Below, one piece after another: positions 1 through 11,662 of a stretch of 32,000 bases of DNA (position 1 is the first letter of the stretch; each line of letters opens with the position of its first letter). The stretch covers positions 1,500,001-1,532,000 of the forward strand of contig NC_015913.1 in the NCBI RefSeq assembly GCF_000270205.1, read 5' to 3'. This stretch comes from Candidatus Arthromitus sp. SFB-mouse-Japan (GTDB lineage: Bacteria; Bacillota; Clostridia; Clostridiales; Clostridiaceae). Position numbers and translations under genes: made by a program. The notes beneath the pieces are model-generated. The model worked only from the letters and a program-made list of their open reading frames with translations, searched no databases and was not told where the DNA came from.

Positions 1-321
1 AACTATTATAGTAATATGGCTAGTTCTTTTATTAATTCTAAATGCTCTACCCTGAGCTCTTGGTTGAAACCTTTTTAATATAGGACCATTATTAACATAA
101 GCAGACTTAACAATTAATAAATTTCGATCCATATTATTATTATTTTCCGCATTTGAAACTGCTGATTTTAAAACTTTTTCTATAACGGCAGCCGCTCTTC
201 TATTTGTATATAACAAAATAGAATATGCTTCCTTAATCGATTTGCCTCTTATTAGTTTTAATACAACATTTATTTTCATAGGAGACATTCTTACATATTT
301 GGCTATAGCTTTTGTATCCAT
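1..321 (-). CDS. rplV: 50S ribosomal protein L22, 3'-truncated by the window edge (N-terminal 107 codons present)
   Basis: Hand translation of the reverse complement from the ATG at 321..319 gives [61 protein letters not shown]...[24 protein letters not shown], a typical L22. It sits directly after rpsS as in all S10 operons. It is not in the ORF track because no stop codon lies in the window. Confidence 0.9.
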   Translation of the reverse strand, partial: MDTKAIAKYVRMSPMKINVVLKLIRGKSIKEAYSILLYTNRRAAAVIEKVLKSAVSNAENNNNMDRNLLIVKSAYVNNGPILKRFQPRAQGRAFRINKRTSHITIIV

Positions 322-343
322 AACAACAACTCCTTTCTATATA

Positions 344-622
344 TTATCTAACTCTAGATGTCTTCTGATCAACATGACCTTTATAAGTTCTTGTTAACGC
401 AAATTCACCCAATTTATGACCAACCATATCTTCAGTTATATAAACTGGTACATGTTTTCTTCCATCATGAACAGCAATTGTATGGCCTATCATTTCTGGA
501 AATATTGTAGAACTTCTGGACCATGTTTTTATCACTTTTTTTTCACTGTTCTTATTCATCATGACAATTCTATCTAAAAGAATCTTTTGAACAAAAGGAC
601 CTTTTTTAGCAGATCTTCCCAA
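344..622 (-). CDS. rpsS: 30S ribosomal protein S19
   Basis: 92 aa, (M)[10 protein letters not shown]...[32 protein letters not shown] is a canonical S19. TTG start (plus-strand caa at 620..622), preceded by GGAGGT 7 nt upstream. Confidence 0.96.
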   Translation of the reverse strand: MGRSAKKGPFVQKILLDRIVMMNKNSEKKVIKTWSRSSTIFPEMIGHTIAVHDGRKHVPVYITEDMVGHKLGEFALTRTYKGHVDQKTSRVR

Positions 623-645
623 TATTTAAACCTCCTATCATCTAT

Positions 646-1473
646 CTATTTTCTTTTTCTTACTATTAAATTATCAGAATACTTTTTATTTCTTCGGGTC
701 TTATAGCCAAGAGTTGGAACTCCCCAAGGAGATACAGGCGACGGTCTTCCAATCGGGCTTCTTCCTTCCCCTCCTCCATGTGGATGATCACAAGGATTCA
801 TAACAGATCCTCGAACTGTTGGTCTTATACCTTTATTCCTATTTCTTCCAGCCTTACCCATGCTAATTATTGAATGTGATTCATTAGATAAAATACCTAT
901 AGTAGCTCTACACTCTATTCTTACATATCTCATTTCACCACTTGGTAACCTAAGTGTAGCATAACTTCCCTCTTTAGCCATTAATTGAGCAGATAAACCA
1001 GCAGATCTAACTATTTGACCACCTTTGCCCTTTTTTAATTCAATATTATGGATCATTGTACCAACTGGTATACTACTCAATGGCAAACAATTCCCAGGCT
1101 TAATATCCGCATTAATCCCAGAAAATATCTTATCTCCAACATTTAATCCATTCGGAGTTAATATATACCTCTTTTCACCATCTGCATAAGCTATTAAAGA
1201 TATAAAAGTTGATCTATTTGGATCGTACTCAATTGTTTTAACCAAGCCAGCTATATCATCTTTATTTCTCTTAAAATCAATTATCCTATACTTTCTTTTA
1301 TTGCCACCACCCTTATGTCTAACCGTTATCTTTCCCTGAGCATTTCTTCCACCACTTTTTCTCAGACCATAAACCAGAGATTTTTCAGGTTTATTAGTAG
1401 TTATTTCCTCATAAGAATTTACAGTCATATTTCTACGCGAAGCTGTTGTTGGCTTTAATTTTTTTACTCCCAA
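646..1473 (-). CDS. rplB: 50S ribosomal protein L2
   Basis: 275 aa with KPTTASRR...[15 protein letters not shown]...[14 protein letters not shown] signatures. TTG start with GGAGGT 8 nt upstream; the nearby ATG is out of frame. Confidence 0.97.
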   Translation of the reverse strand: MGVKKLKPTTASRRNMTVNSYEEITTNKPEKSLVYGLRKSGGRNAQGKITVRHKGGGNKRKYRIIDFKRNKDDIAGLVKTIEYDPNRSTFISLIAYADGEKRYILTPNGLNVGDKIFSGINADIKPGNCLPLSSIPVGTMIHNIELKKGKGGQIVRSAGLSAQLMAKEGSYATLRLPSGEMRYVRIECRATIGILSNESHSIISMGKAGRNRNKGIRPTVRGSVMNPCDHPHGGGEGRSPIGRPSPVSPWGVPTLGYKTRRNKKYSDNLIVRKRK

Positions 1474-1497
1474 AGTTCATTACCTCCTCATAACAAA

Positions 1498-1803
1498 TTA
1501 CTCCATAGAATTCATTGAATTAAAAAATTCTATTCCATTACTATCTGGCGTAAGTTGAACTATAGCCTTTTTATAATCAGATCTTTTACCCAGATTAAAT
1601 CGTATCCTTTTCTTTTTCCCACTATAATTCATAGTAAAAACTCTATCTACTTTAACTCCAAATATAGCTTCAATTGCATTCCTAACTTGTATCTTATTAG
1701 CACTCTTCTTTACAATAAATGTATACTTCCTATCAACCATAATAGACATGCTTTTCTCTGTTATTATAGGTCTTATAATTATATCATAATCTGTTAATTT
1801 CAA
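1498..1803 (-). CDS. rplW: 50S ribosomal protein L23
   Basis: 101 aa, [15 protein letters not shown]-terminus typical of L23. TTG start overlaps the rplD stop (TTGA); GAGGAGGTG lies 8 nt upstream. Confidence 0.94.
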   Translation of the reverse strand: MKLTDYDIIIRPIITEKSMSIMVDRKYTFIVKKSANKIQVRNAIEAIFGVKVDRVFTMNYSGKKKRIRFNLGKRSDYKKAIVQLTPDSNGIEFFNSMNSME

Positions 1804-2426
1804 TTCGAATACACCTCCTCAAGTTTTCTAACTGCACCTTGAGTCATAACAAGCTTATCATACTTTAACAAATCATAAACATTTATATTATTCACAGGAA
1901 TCACCTTTACATTTTGCAAATTCGTACTAGATCTGTAAACATTTTTATTAGAAGTTTCAGTAACTAATAACATATTGCTCTCTATATTAAAGTTATTCAT
2001 AACTTTGACCATCTCTTTAGTTTTAGGAAAATTAAATGATATACTATCTAAAACTAATAAATTTTCATCCTTAACTTTACTAGTTAATACAGAAGTAATC
2101 GCTACTTTTCTTAATGTTTTAGAAACATTCATTCTGTAATCTCTTGGTTTAGGTGCAAAAACAACCCCACCATGAATCCATTGCGGTGCCCTTATAGATC
2201 CTTGTCTAGCTCTACCCGTACCTTTTTGTCTCCAAGGCTTTTTACCTCCACCAGAAACTTCAGATCTTGTTTTTGCAGACTGAGTTCCTTGTCTCTTATT
2301 AGCTAATTGGGTAACAACAACCTGGTGTACAGCATATTTTTTTATTTCCACATCAAATATTTCTTTTAAAAGTTCTAATTCTCCAACCTTTTCCCCACAA
2401 ATATTATATACTGCTACTTTAGACAT
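1800..2426 (-). CDS. rplD: 50S ribosomal protein L4
   Basis: 208 aa, ...[40 protein letters not shown] is the conserved L4 core. ATG preceded by AGGAGGAG. Confidence 0.97.
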   Translation of the reverse strand: MSKVAVYNICGEKVGELELLKEIFDVEIKKYAVHQVVVTQLANKRQGTQSAKTRSEVSGGGKKPWRQKGTGRARQGSIRAPQWIHGGVVFAPKPRDYRMNVSKTLRKVAITSVLTSKVKDENLLVLDSISFNFPKTKEMVKVMNNFNIESNMLLVTETSNKNVYRSSTNLQNVKVIPVNNINVYDLLKYDKLVMTQGAVRKLEEVYSN

Positions 2427-2452
2427 CTAGTCTCCTCCTTTCATAAAATAAA

Positions 2453-3082
2453 CTAACCTTTTATACAATTTCTAATTTGTACAATTGACTTATTAGGTCC
2501 AGGTATGCAACCTTTAATTAACATAATATTCTTATCTTCAATAATTTGTACAATTTCAAGGTTTTGCATTGTACATCTCTTACCGCCCATTCTTCCTGGC
2601 ATTTTCTTGTTTTTAAATGTTCTTGAAGGATCAGATGAAGCACCCATAGAACCTACAGATCTATGAAATTTAGATCCGTGAGACATTGGACCTCTATGTC
2701 CATTCCACCTCTTTATAGTTCCTTGAAAACCTTTCCCCTTAGATTTACCTATAACATCTACTTTTTCTCCAACTGAAAATAAATTAATACTAATTTCAGT
2801 TCCCACTTCATAAGAAGAACAATCTTCTAATCTAAGTTCTTTTAAATGCCTTTTTATATCAATTCCTGATTTTTTGAAATGTCCCTTTATAGGGTTATTA
2901 ACAAGTTTTTCTCTTATAATTCCATACCCAACTTGTATAGCATTATATCCTTCTTTTTCCTCTTTCTTAACTTGAACTACAACATTCGACTCAACTAAAA
3001 TAACACTAACCGGAATCATATTACCATCTTCTGTAAAAATTTGAGTCATTCCGATTTTCTGTCCAAAAATTGCTTTTTTCAC
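2453..3082 (-). CDS. rplC: 50S ribosomal protein L3
   Basis: 209 aa, [15 protein letters not shown]...[16 protein letters not shown] is the L3 signature. GTG start (plus-strand cac at 3080..3082) with AGGAGGA 8 nt upstream. Confidence 0.97.
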   Translation of the reverse strand: MKKAIFGQKIGMTQIFTEDGNMIPVSVILVESNVVVQVKKEEKEGYNAIQVGYGIIREKLVNNPIKGHFKKSGIDIKRHLKELRLEDCSSYEVGTEISINLFSVGEKVDVIGKSKGKGFQGTIKRWNGHRGPMSHGSKFHRSVGSMGASSDPSRTFKNKKMPGRMGGKRCTMQNLEIVQIIEDKNIMLIKGCIPGPNKSIVQIRNCIKG

Positions 3083-3139
3083 GCTAACTTTCCTCCTTTA
3101 TGAGCGGATTAAAATATTAATCAATCATAAAACCAATCA

Positions 3140-3451
3140 TTATAATTTCAATTCTACATCAACACCTGTTGGAACATCCAACCTCATTAGAGCATCAACA
3201 GTTTTAGGCGTAGGATTAACTATATCAAGCAATCTTTTATGTGTTCTTATTTCAAACTGTTCTCTTGAATCTTTATACTTGTGAGGAGATCTTAATATAG
3301 TAATCTTCTCCGTCCTCGTTGGCAACGGTATTGGTCCACACACCTTAGCTCCAGTATTATTCGCTACCTCAACTATTTTTAAGACAGCATTATCAAGCAT
3401 TACATGATCAAATGCTTTTAATTTTATTCTAATTTTCTGATTTAAGCTCAT
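3140..3451 (-). CDS. rpsJ: 30S ribosomal protein S10 (start trimmed relative to the ORF track)
   Basis: [16 protein letters not shown]...[25 protein letters not shown] is a canonical S10 of 103 aa. The ATG at 3451 is preceded by AAGGAGGG 7 nt upstream. The track start at 3490 adds 13 unconserved residues and has no RBS. Confidence 0.95.
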   Translation of the reverse strand: MSLNQKIRIKLKAFDHVMLDNAVLKIVEVANNTGAKVCGPIPLPTRTEKITILRSPHKYKDSREQFEIRTHKRLLDIVNPTPKTVDALMRLDVPTGVDVELKL

Positions 3452-3539
3452 TTTTTTCCCTCCTTTTATGGACACATCAAAAAACAACACTACATGATTC
3501 TATCCTACAATTGTCTACATATATATGTATAACTACTTA

Positions 3540-3568
3540 ATTATACTATAAATAAAAATACAACTCAA
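3540..3568 (-). promoter_or_regulatory. Candidate sigma-A promoter of the S10 operon: TTGAGT, 17-nt spacer, TATAAT
   Basis: On the minus strand, -35 TTGAGT (3568..3563), exactly 17 nt, then -10 TATAAT (3545..3540). It lies just downstream of the tuf terminator and about 90 nt upstream of the rpsJ ATG. Confidence 0.6.
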
Positions 3569-3595
3569 TACTTTATTTATTACAATAACAAATAT

Positions 3596-3625
3596 AAAGG
3601 GACTAATTAAATTATCAGTCCCTTT
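3596..3625 (-). terminator. Rho-independent terminator downstream of tuf copy 1
   Basis: 9-bp perfect stem, aaagggact (3596..3604) paired with agtcccttt (3617..3625). On the minus strand a U-rich stretch follows (uauauuuguuauu). It begins 13 nt after the tuf stop. Confidence 0.6.
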
Positions 3626-3631
3626 AAATAT

Positions 3632-4847
3632 ATAAAACTATTTATTTATTTTTGAAACAACCCCAGATCCTACTGTTCTTCCACCTTCTCTTATGGCAAA
3701 CCTTAATCCCTCATCCATAGCTATCGGAGTTATCAATTCAACCTCCATATCTATATGATCTCCTGGCATAACCATCTCTTTTCCTTCTGGTAATTTTATA
3801 TTACCTGTAACATCTGTCGTTCTAAAATAAAATTGTGGTCTATATCCATCAAAAAATGGCTTATGTCTACCACCCTCTTCTTTCTTAAGAACATATACTT
3901 GACCTATAAAATTTGTATGTGGATTTACTGTCCCAGGTTTAGCTAATACCTGACCTCTCTCTATATCAGACCTCTGAATCCCCCTTAACAACGCACCTAT
4001 ATTATCTCCTGCTTGAGCTTCATCTAATAATTTCCTAAACATTTCTATCCCAGTAATTACTGTCTTGCTCTTTTCTTCTTTCAATCCTATTATTTCTACT
4101 TCCTCTTGCACCTTCAATACACCAGTCTCTACTCTTCCAGTAGCTACTGTTCCTCTTCCTGTTATAGTAAACACATCCTCAACCGGCATTAAAAAAGGCT
4201 TATCCGTAGCTCTCTCAGGCGTAGGAATATAGCTATCTACGGCATCCATTAACTCCATTATACAAGCTGTAGCATCCGTATCAGTAGGATTCTCTAACGC
4301 CTTTAATGCTGATCCCTTTATAATAGGTGTATCATCCCCAGGAAATTTATACTCATTTAATAAATCCCTTACTTCCATCTCTACTAATTCCAATAACTCT
4401 TCATCATCAACCATATCAGCTTTATTTAAAAACACTACTATATAATCAACTCCTACTCTAGAAGCCAACAATATATGTTCTCTTGTCTGTGGCATAGGTC
4501 CATCAGCTGCAGATACAACCAATATCGCACCATCCATTTGAGCAGCTCCAGTTATCATATTCTTAACATAATCAGCATGCCCCGGACAATCAACATGTGC
4601 ATAATGCCTTCCATCCGTCTCATACTCAACATGCGCTGTATTTATCGTTATACCTCTCTCTTTCTCCTCCGGAGCCTTATCTATCTCGTCATATTTAAAT
4701 GCTTCAGCATATCCTTTGTTTGCTAATACTGTCGTTATAGCCGCTGTCAATGTAGTCTTACCATGATCAACATGTCCTATCGTCCCTATATTAACATGCG
4801 GTTTATTCCTCTCAAATTTAGCTTTTGACATCTCTATAAATACCTCC
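3632..4847. repeat. Copy A of a 1216-bp perfect direct repeat (tuf ORF, 16 nt of 5' flank including the RBS, and 6 nt of 3' flank)
   Basis: Line-by-line comparison with 18879..20094 (offset 15247) found no mismatch. Identity breaks at 3631/18878 and at 4848/20095. Confidence 0.95.
3638..4831 (-). CDS. tuf: Elongation factor Tu, copy 1 (str-operon copy)
   Basis: 397 aa with [14 protein letters not shown] and NKAD GTPase motifs. It is the last gene after fusA. GGAGGT lies 10 nt upstream of the ATG. Confidence 0.99.
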   Translation of the reverse strand: MSKAKFERNKPHVNIGTIGHVDHGKTTLTAAITTVLANKGYAEAFKYDEIDKAPEEKERGITINTAHVEYETDGRHYAHVDCPGHADYVKNMITGAAQMDGAILVVSAADGPMPQTREHILLASRVGVDYIVVFLNKADMVDDEELLELVEMEVRDLLNEYKFPGDDTPIIKGSALKALENPTDTDATACIMELMDAVDSYIPTPERATDKPFLMPVEDVFTITGRGTVATGRVETGVLKVQEEVEIIGLKEEKSKTVITGIEMFRKLLDEAQAGDNIGALLRGIQRSDIERGQVLAKPGTVNPHTNFIGQVYVLKKEEGGRHKPFFDGYRPQFYFRTTDVTGNIKLPEGKEMVMPGDHIDMEVELITPIAMDEGLRFAIREGGRTVGSGVVSKINK

Positions 4848-6907
4848 TATTTTTTACTAACTATCTGTTCTTGAATATTTTTTGGCACTTCATCATAATG
4901 ATCAAATTCCATACTATAAGTACCCCTCCCTTGAGTTCTAGATCTCAAAACTGTAGCATATCCAAACATTTCAGACATAGGTACTTGTGCTTTTATTATT
5001 TGAGCTCCAAATCTTGATTCCATCCCCTCTATTCTTCCTCTACGAGAGTTCAAATCACCCATTACATCACCCATATATTCTTCAGGCACAGTTACTTCTA
5101 CTTTAACAATAGGTTCTAATAAAACAGGATCTGCCTTAGACATACCATTTTTAAATGCCATAGAACCTGCAAATTCAAATGCCATTTCAGATGAATCAAC
5201 ATCATGATATGATCCATCATGCAATCTAACCTTAAAATTAATCGTTGGATAACCTCCTATAACACCATTAAGAGCAGCATTTCTAATGCCATTATCAACA
5301 GCTGGTATGTATTCTTTCGGTATTACTCCACCAACTATTGCATTTTCAAACTCATAATCACCTGAACATGGTATAAGATCTATAACACAATGTCCATACT
5401 GACCTCTACCACCAGATTGTCTTATATACTTACCTTCACATGTAACTTGTTTTCTTATTGTTTCTTTATAAGCAACCTGAGGTTTCCCTACATTGCAATC
5501 AACCTTAAATTCCCTCTGTAATCTATCCACGATAATCTCAAGATGCAACTCACCCATTCCAGCTATTATAGTTTGATTTGTTTCCTGATCAGTGTATGTT
5601 TTAAATGTAGGATCTTCCTCTGCTAACTTAGCTAAAGATAGACCCATTTTCTCCTGGCTAGCTTTAGTTTTAGGCTCTATAGCTACGGATATAACTGGCT
5701 CTGGGAATTCCATACTCTCAAGTATGATTTTCTTTGTATCATCACACAAAGTGTCTCCAGTTGTCGTATCTTTTAATCCAACAATAGCTCCTAAATCCCC
5801 AGCTCTTAATTCATCTACTTCCTGCCTATGATTAGCATGCATTTTAAGAAGTCTTCCAATTCTCTCTTTTTTGCCTTTCGTAGAATTATAAACATACGAT
5901 CCACTTTTTAATACTCCAGAATAAACTCTGGTATATGCAAGCCTTCCAATAAATGGATCAGTCTGTATCTTAAATGCTAAAGCAGACATTGCTATATCAT
6001 CACTTGCTTCTCTTGAATCTTCATTACCATCTAAATCAACACCTTTTACGGCATCAATATCAATAGGTGATGGTAAATACTCAACAGCAGCATCTATCAT
6101 TTCTTGAACACCTTTGTTTTTATAAGAAGAACCACATATAACTGGTATAACTTGTATATCAATAACCGCTTTTCTAAGAGCAGTTTTTAGCTCAGATGCA
6201 CGTATTTCTTCACCTTCTAAAAACTTAATCATAAGTTCTTCATCTGTTTCAGCTATTGATTCAATCATAAGTTCTCTATATTTACTAGCATCTTCTTTAT
6301 ATTCTTCTGGAATATCCTCTCTAGAAACCTCAGTCCCTAAATCATTTTTATAAATTATAGCAACATTTTCAATCAAATCAATTATTCCTATAAACTCAGA
6401 TTCACTACCTATAGGTATTTGTACAGGTACTGCATTAGCCCTTAATCTATCTTTTATGGAATCTACACAATTATAAAAATTAGCTCCAATAGCATCCATT
6501 TTGTTAACATATACTATTCTAGGTACTCTATATTTATCAGCTTGCCTCCAAACAGTTTCAGTTTGTGGCTCAACACCACTTTTAGCATCAAGAACGGCTA
6601 CAGCACCATCTAAAACTCTCAATGATCTTTCAACCTCAACTGTAAAATCAACATGACCAGGAGTATCTATAATATTTATCACATAATCCTTCCATTGGCA
6701 AGTTGTTGCTGCTGAAGTTATTGTTATGCCTCTCTCTTGTTCCTGAACCATCCAGTCCATGGTAGCCTGCCCTTCATGAACTTCACCTATTTTGTGAGTC
6801 TTACCTGTATAAAATAAAATCCTCTCCGTTGTGGTAGTTTTACCAGCATCTATATGAGCCATAATTCCAATATTCCTAAATTTTTCTAGTGGAAATTCTC
6901 TAGCCAT
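4847..6907 (-). CDS. fusA: Elongation factor G
   Basis: 686 aa with [14 protein letters not shown] and NKMD motifs and full-length EF-G architecture. ATG preceded by GGAGG. Confidence 0.99.
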   Translation of the reverse strand: MAREFPLEKFRNIGIMAHIDAGKTTTTERILFYTGKTHKIGEVHEGQATMDWMVQEQERGITITSAATTCQWKDYVINIIDTPGHVDFTVEVERSLRVLDGAVAVLDAKSGVEPQTETVWRQADKYRVPRIVYVNKMDAIGANFYNCVDSIKDRLRANAVPVQIPIGSESEFIGIIDLIENVAIIYKNDLGTEVSREDIPEEYKEDASKYRELMIESIAETDEELMIKFLEGEEIRASELKTALRKAVIDIQVIPVICGSSYKNKGVQEMIDAAVEYLPSPIDIDAVKGVDLDGNEDSREASDDIAMSALAFKIQTDPFIGRLAYTRVYSGVLKSGSYVYNSTKGKKERIGRLLKMHANHRQEVDELRAGDLGAIVGLKDTTTGDTLCDDTKKIILESMEFPEPVISVAIEPKTKASQEKMGLSLAKLAEEDPTFKTYTDQETNQTIIAGMGELHLEIIVDRLQREFKVDCNVGKPQVAYKETIRKQVTCEGKYIRQSGGRGQYGHCVIDLIPCSGDYEFENAIVGGVIPKEYIPAVDNGIRNAALNGVIGGYPTINFKVRLHDGSYHDVDSSEMAFEFAGSMAFKNGMSKADPVLLEPIVKVEVTVPEEYMGDVMGDLNSRRGRIEGMESRFGAQIIKAQVPMSEMFGYATVLRSRTQGRGTYSMEFDHYDEVPKNIQEQIVSKK

Positions 6908-6971
6908 AATTCGCCTCCATTTAATATGAACTTTGTGTATTTAATTATCAAAAAATATATATAGTAATAAA

Positions 6972-7000
6972 ACTGTTTTGATCGCTACAACCAAAACAGT
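6972..7000 (-). terminator. Intercistronic hairpin between rpsG and fusA, a possible partial terminator/attenuator or RNA stability element
   Basis: 9-bp perfect stem, actgttttg (6972..6980) paired with caaaacagt (6992..7000), with an 11-nt loop. On the minus strand it is followed by uuuauuacuau. It sits in the 106-nt rpsG-fusA gap. Confidence 0.4.
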
Positions 7001-7013
7001 AAATATTAAATAC

Positions 7014-7550
<537 letters not shown>

Positions 7551-7562
7551 TTATATATATGT

Positions 7563-7946
7563 TTATTTAGCAGATTTCTTAGCTTTCTTAGTTCCATATT
7601 TTGATCTTGCTTGCATTTTATCTTGCACACCTGCAGAATCAAGAGCTCCTCTTATTATATGGTATCTAACTCCTGGTAAGTCCTTTACTCTCCCACCTCT
7701 TATCAAAACAACACTATGCTCTTGTAGGTTATGTCCCTCTCCAGGTATATATGCCGTAACTTCGTAACCGTTACTTAATCTAACCCTAGCAACTTTTCTT
7801 AAAGCTGAATTAGGTTTTTTAGGGGTCATAGTTTTAACCAATGTACAAACTCCCCTAACTTGCGGACATCCTTTCATAGCTGGAGCTGTTGATTTATATG
7901 CTACTTTCTTTCTACCTTTTCTGATCAATTGATTAATAGTTGGCAT
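7563..7946 (-). CDS. rpsL: 30S ribosomal protein S12 (start trimmed)
   Basis: [12 protein letters not shown]...[17 protein letters not shown]...[14 protein letters not shown] is a 127-aa S12. Lys is present at both classical streptomycin-resistance sites. The ATG at 7946 is preceded by AGAGGTGAT; the track start is a GTG inside that SD. Confidence 0.96.
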   Translation of the reverse strand: MPTINQLIRKGRKKVAYKSTAPAMKGCPQVRGVCTLVKTMTPKKPNSALRKVARVRLSNGYEVTAYIPGEGHNLQEHSVVLIRGGRVKDLPGVRYHIIRGALDSAGVQDKMQARSKYGTKKAKKSAK

Positions 7947-8040
7947 TATTATCACCTCTTTCTAATTCTTATTAAAACTAAAATAACTCGAACAAAATAA
8001 ATAAAACTTTTTACCAAATGAATTAATTATTAACTTAAGT

Positions 8041-8069
8041 ATTTTAACACCCTAGATATATTAAGTCAA
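8041..8069 (-). promoter_or_regulatory. Candidate sigma-A promoter of the rpsL-rpsG-fusA-tuf (str) operon: TTGACT, 17-nt spacer, TGtTAAAAT
   Basis: On the minus strand, -35 TTGACT (8069..8064), a 17-nt spacer ending in TGt (extended -10), then -10 TAAAAT (8046..8041). It lies in the rpoC-rpsL gap, about 95 nt upstream of the rpsL ATG. Confidence 0.65.
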
Positions 8070-8083
8070 TACATACAGGAATA

Positions 8084-11000
8084 TCAAACCATAGTGTATT
8101 CAAGATTATCATCATTCCCATAATTTATTTTCATAGATCTATAATGATTCATTCCTGTCCCTGCAGGTATTAATTTACCTATTATTACATTTTCCTTTAA
8201 TCCTATCAAGGGATCTATCTTTCCTTTTATTGCAGCATCAGTTAATACTTTTGTGGTTTCTTGAAATGATGCTGCTGATAAGAAAGATTCAGTAGATAAA
8301 GATGCTTTTGTTATTCCAAGCAAAACCCTCTCACATTCAGCCTCATTGAGTCCATCATCTTTAACTCGTTTATTTTCATCATTAAAATATGATATATCAA
8401 CAATAGAATTCGGAAGTATTTCTGTATCACCTGCCTCCACAACTCTAACTTTTCTAGTCATCTGCTTTATTATGACCTCAAGATGTTTATCATTTATGTC
8501 AACACCCTGTAATCTATAAACTTTTTGAACCTCAGATAATAAATATTCCCTAACAGCATCTATTCCTTTTATTCTTAATATATCTTGTGGATTTATAGAT
8601 CCCTCAGTAATTATAGAACCCGCTTCTATACGCATACCATTTTCAACCTTCACCCTAGATCCAAAAGGTATATCGTACTCCCTAAATTCTCCCTCATTAG
8701 ATACAATCTTAACAAGTCTCTTTTTCTTAGTATTTTCAAACTCTACAATGCCATCTATTTCCGAAACTATAGCAAGCCCCTTCGGTTTTCTTGCTTCAAA
8801 TAATTCTTCAACTCTAGGTAACCCTTGAGTTATATCCGCACCGACAACTCCTCCTGTATGGAATGTCCTCATTGTAAGCTGTGTACCAGGCTCACCTATG
8901 GATTGAGCAGCAATTATCCCAACCGATTCTCCTATGCTTATCTCTCTTGCAGTTGCCATATTCATGCCATAACACTTAGCACAAACACCAATTCTAGAAT
9001 CACAAGTAAATACACTTCTTATTTTGACCTTCAATATTTTTTCACTTTCTTCTCTATCAGTATCTTCATTAATATCAGCTATAATTTTAGCCATACTATT
9101 AGTTATATATTGGTCTCTTTTAATTAAAATCCTATTACTTTTAGGATCTATTATATCCTCAGCTACATATCTCCCTATAAGTCTCTCACTTAAACTTTCA
9201 ACAATAGAATTATCATCCTTAATCTCACTTACATAAATTCCATCAACACTCCCACAATCTTCACTTCTTATTATAACATCTTGACTTACATCAACTAATC
9301 TCCTTGTTAAATATCCAGAATCTGCTGTTTTCAAAGCTGTATCAGCATTCCCTTTTCTAGCCCCATGCGTTGATGTAAAATACTCTAAAACATCAAGTCC
9401 CTCTCTAAAAGAAGCCTTAATTGGGAGCTCTATTATTTTACCCGATGGATTACTCATAAGCCCTCTCATTCCAGCAAGTTGTTTTATCTGACTTTTAGAT
9501 CCTCTAGCTCCTGAATCTGCCATCATCGATATAGGATTAAATTTATCCATACTATTCATAAGCACATCTGCTATTTTATCGGTTGTGCTATTCCAAATCT
9601 CTATAACTGAATTATATCTCTCATCTTCAGTCATCAATCCACGTCTAAACTTTTTACTCACTGTATCAACTTTTTCTTCTGATTCCCTAATTATATTTTC
9701 CTTTTCTGTAGGAACTATCATATCAGATGCAGCAACTGTTATTGCCCCTATAGTAGAATAATGATATCCCTTAGTTTTAATTTGATCAAGCATAGATGCG
9801 GTTTCAGATGGACCATGTTTTAAATAACATCTATCTACTATTTCTGTTAACTTACCTTTATTAACAAGAAAATCTATTTCAAACTCAAATAAATTTTCTT
9901 CCTTTTCCCTATCGACAAAACCCAGATCTTGAGGTATAGATTCATTAAATATAATTTTACCTACAGTTGTTTCTATTAATTTAGATTTTTTTTCACCATT
10001 TATCTCTTTCTCAACCCTTAGTTTTATCTTTTCATGTATATTTAAATACCCCAATTCAAAGGCCATTATAGCTTCTTCAGAATTCGAATAACTCTTTATA
10101 TCCCTATCATTAAATGAAGGGTTATCCATAGTTAAATAATATGATCCTAATATCATATCTTGAGACGGAACACATACTGGTTTACCATCAGAAGGTTTCA
10201 ATATATTAACAGCTGCTAACATTAAAAATCGAGCTTCAGCTTGTGCCTCCATAGATAAAGGTACATGAACAGCCATCTGATCTCCATCAAAATCCGCATT
10301 ATAAGCCGTACAAACGAGTGGGTGCAATTTTATTGCCCTACCCTCAACTAAAACTGGTTGAAATGCTTGAATTCCCAATCTATGTAGTGTTGGTGCTCTG
10401 TTTAATAACACTGGATGATCAGTTATAACTTCCTCTAATATATCCCAAACTTGATTCATATTTTTTTCAACCATTCTTTTTGCTGCTTTAATATTATGAG
10501 CAATACCTGAATCTACTAATTTCTTCATCACAAATGGCTTAAAAAGTTCCAAGGCCATCTCTTTAGGTAATCCACATTGATACAATTTCAACTCTGGACC
10601 AACAACTATTACAGACCTTCCAGAATAATCGACACGTTTACCTAAAAGATTCTGTCTAAACCTTCCCTGCTTTCCTTTAAGCATATCTGATAAAGATTTA
10701 AGCGGCCTATTCCCAGGTCCAGTTACAGGTCTACCTCTCCTACCATTATCTATTAAAGCATCAACAGATTCTTGAAGCATCCTCTTCTCATTTCTTACTA
10801 TTATATCTGGTGCTTTTAAATCCAATAATTTTTTTAACCTATTATTTCTATTTATAACTCTTCTATATAAATCATTTAAATCTGATGTGGCAAACCTTCC
10901 ACCGTCTAACATTACCATAGGTCTAAGTTCAGGAGGTATAACTGGTATAACGTCTATTATCATCCACTCCGGTTTATTATTAGATTTCCTAAAAGACTCA

Positions 11001-11644
11001 ACTACTTCAAGTCTCCTAATAACTCTAGCCTTCTTTTGACCAGTACTATTTTTCAATTCTTCCTTAAGTTTATTTGATAAACTATCTAAATCTAAATCCA
11101 TAAGAAGTTGTTTTATTGCCTCTGCTCCCATGCCAACCTCAAATGAACCTTCCCCAAACTTCTCACTATATTCCCTAAAATCTTTCTCTGATAATATTTG
11201 CCCTTTTTGTAGTAAAGTAACTTCCTTCGGATCTAATACAACATACGATGCAAAATAAAGTATTTTTTCTAAAACCCTTGCCTGCATTTCAAGTAACAAA
11301 GCCATTTTTGATGGAGTACCCTTAAAATACCATATATGTGATACAGATGTTGCTAATTCAATGTGACCCATTCTTTCACGTCTAACCTTTGATTTAGTAA
11401 CCTCCACACCACATCTATCACAAACAATACCCTTATACCTAACTCTCTTATACTTTCCACAGTGACATTCCCAATCTTTAGTAGGTCCAAATATTCTCTC
11501 ACAAAAAAGACCATCTCTTTCTGGTTTTAAAGTCCTATAATTTATAGTCTCGGGTTTTTTAACCTCTCCCCTAGACCACTCTCTAATTTGCTCAGGAGAT
11601 GCTAAACCTATTCTTATGGCATCAAAATTATTCAACTCAACCAC
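8084..11644 (-). CDS. rpoC: DNA-directed RNA polymerase subunit beta'
   Basis: 1186 aa with the NADFDGD catalytic motif, the [20 protein letters not shown] zinc ribbon and an N-terminus (M)[23 protein letters not shown] like clostridial beta'. GTG start 18 nt after the rpoB stop, GGAAGGAG upstream. Confidence 0.99.
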   Translation of the reverse strand: MVELNNFDAIRIGLASPEQIREWSRGEVKKPETINYRTLKPERDGLFCERIFGPTKDWECHCGKYKRVRYKGIVCDRCGVEVTKSKVRRERMGHIELATSVSHIWYFKGTPSKMALLLEMQARVLEKILYFASYVVLDPKEVTLLQKGQILSEKDFREYSEKFGEGSFEVGMGAEAIKQLLMDLDLDSLSNKLKEELKNSTGQKKARVIRRLEVVESFRKSNNKPEWMIIDVIPVIPPELRPMVMLDGGRFATSDLNDLYRRVINRNNRLKKLLDLKAPDIIVRNEKRMLQESVDALIDNGRRGRPVTGPGNRPLKSLSDMLKGKQGRFRQNLLGKRVDYSGRSVIVVGPELKLYQCGLPKEMALELFKPFVMKKLVDSGIAHNIKAAKRMVEKNMNQVWDILEEVITDHPVLLNRAPTLHRLGIQAFQPVLVEGRAIKLHPLVCTAYNADFDGDQMAVHVPLSMEAQAEARFLMLAAVNILKPSDGKPVCVPSQDMILGSYYLTMDNPSFNDRDIKSYSNSEEAIMAFELGYLNIHEKIKLRVEKEINGEKKSKLIETTVGKIIFNESIPQDLGFVDREKEENLFEFEIDFLVNKGKLTEIVDRCYLKHGPSETASMLDQIKTKGYHYSTIGAITVAASDMIVPTEKENIIRESEEKVDTVSKKFRRGLMTEDERYNSVIEIWNSTTDKIADVLMNSMDKFNPISMMADSGARGSKSQIKQLAGMRGLMSNPSGKIIELPIKASFREGLDVLEYFTSTHGARKGNADTALKTADSGYLTRRLVDVSQDVIIRSEDCGSVDGIYVSEIKDDNSIVESLSERLIGRYVAEDIIDPKSNRILIKRDQYITNSMAKIIADINEDTDREESEKILKVKIRSVFTCDSRIGVCAKCYGMNMATAREISIGESVGIIAAQSIGEPGTQLTMRTFHTGGVVGADITQGLPRVEELFEARKPKGLAIVSEIDGIVEFENTKKKRLVKIVSNEGEFREYDIPFGSRVKVENGMRIEAGSIITEGSINPQDILRIKGIDAVREYLLSEVQKVYRLQGVDINDKHLEVIIKQMTRKVRVVEAGDTEILPNSIVDISYFNDENKRVKDDGLNEAECERVLLGITKASLSTESFLSAASFQETTKVLTDAAIKGKIDPLIGLKENVIIGKLIPAGTGMNHYRSMKINYGNDDNLEYTMV

Positions 11645-11662
11645 TAATAAATCTACTCCTTC

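Noticed and set aside
1555-1797. Plus-strand ORFs in the track: 1555..1797, 4475..4726, 5592..5831, 8585..8803, 8825..9127, 9024..9236, 16751..17113, 17439..17660, 19722..19973, 21332..21538, 23388..23594, 24454..24639, 26200..26460, 26600..26794, 29016..29243, 30382..30666 and 30814..31086.
   Set aside because: Every one lies antisense to, and almost entirely within, a strongly conserved minus-strand gene (29016..29243 and 30814..31086 run slightly past a gene end). Their products are low-complexity, rich in Ile/Leu/Phe/Ser/Tyr and have no recognisable motifs. I saw no SD upstream of them. This is what an AT-rich sequence yields by chance opposite real genes. The 4475 and 19722 pair is identical only because it sits inside the tuf repeat.
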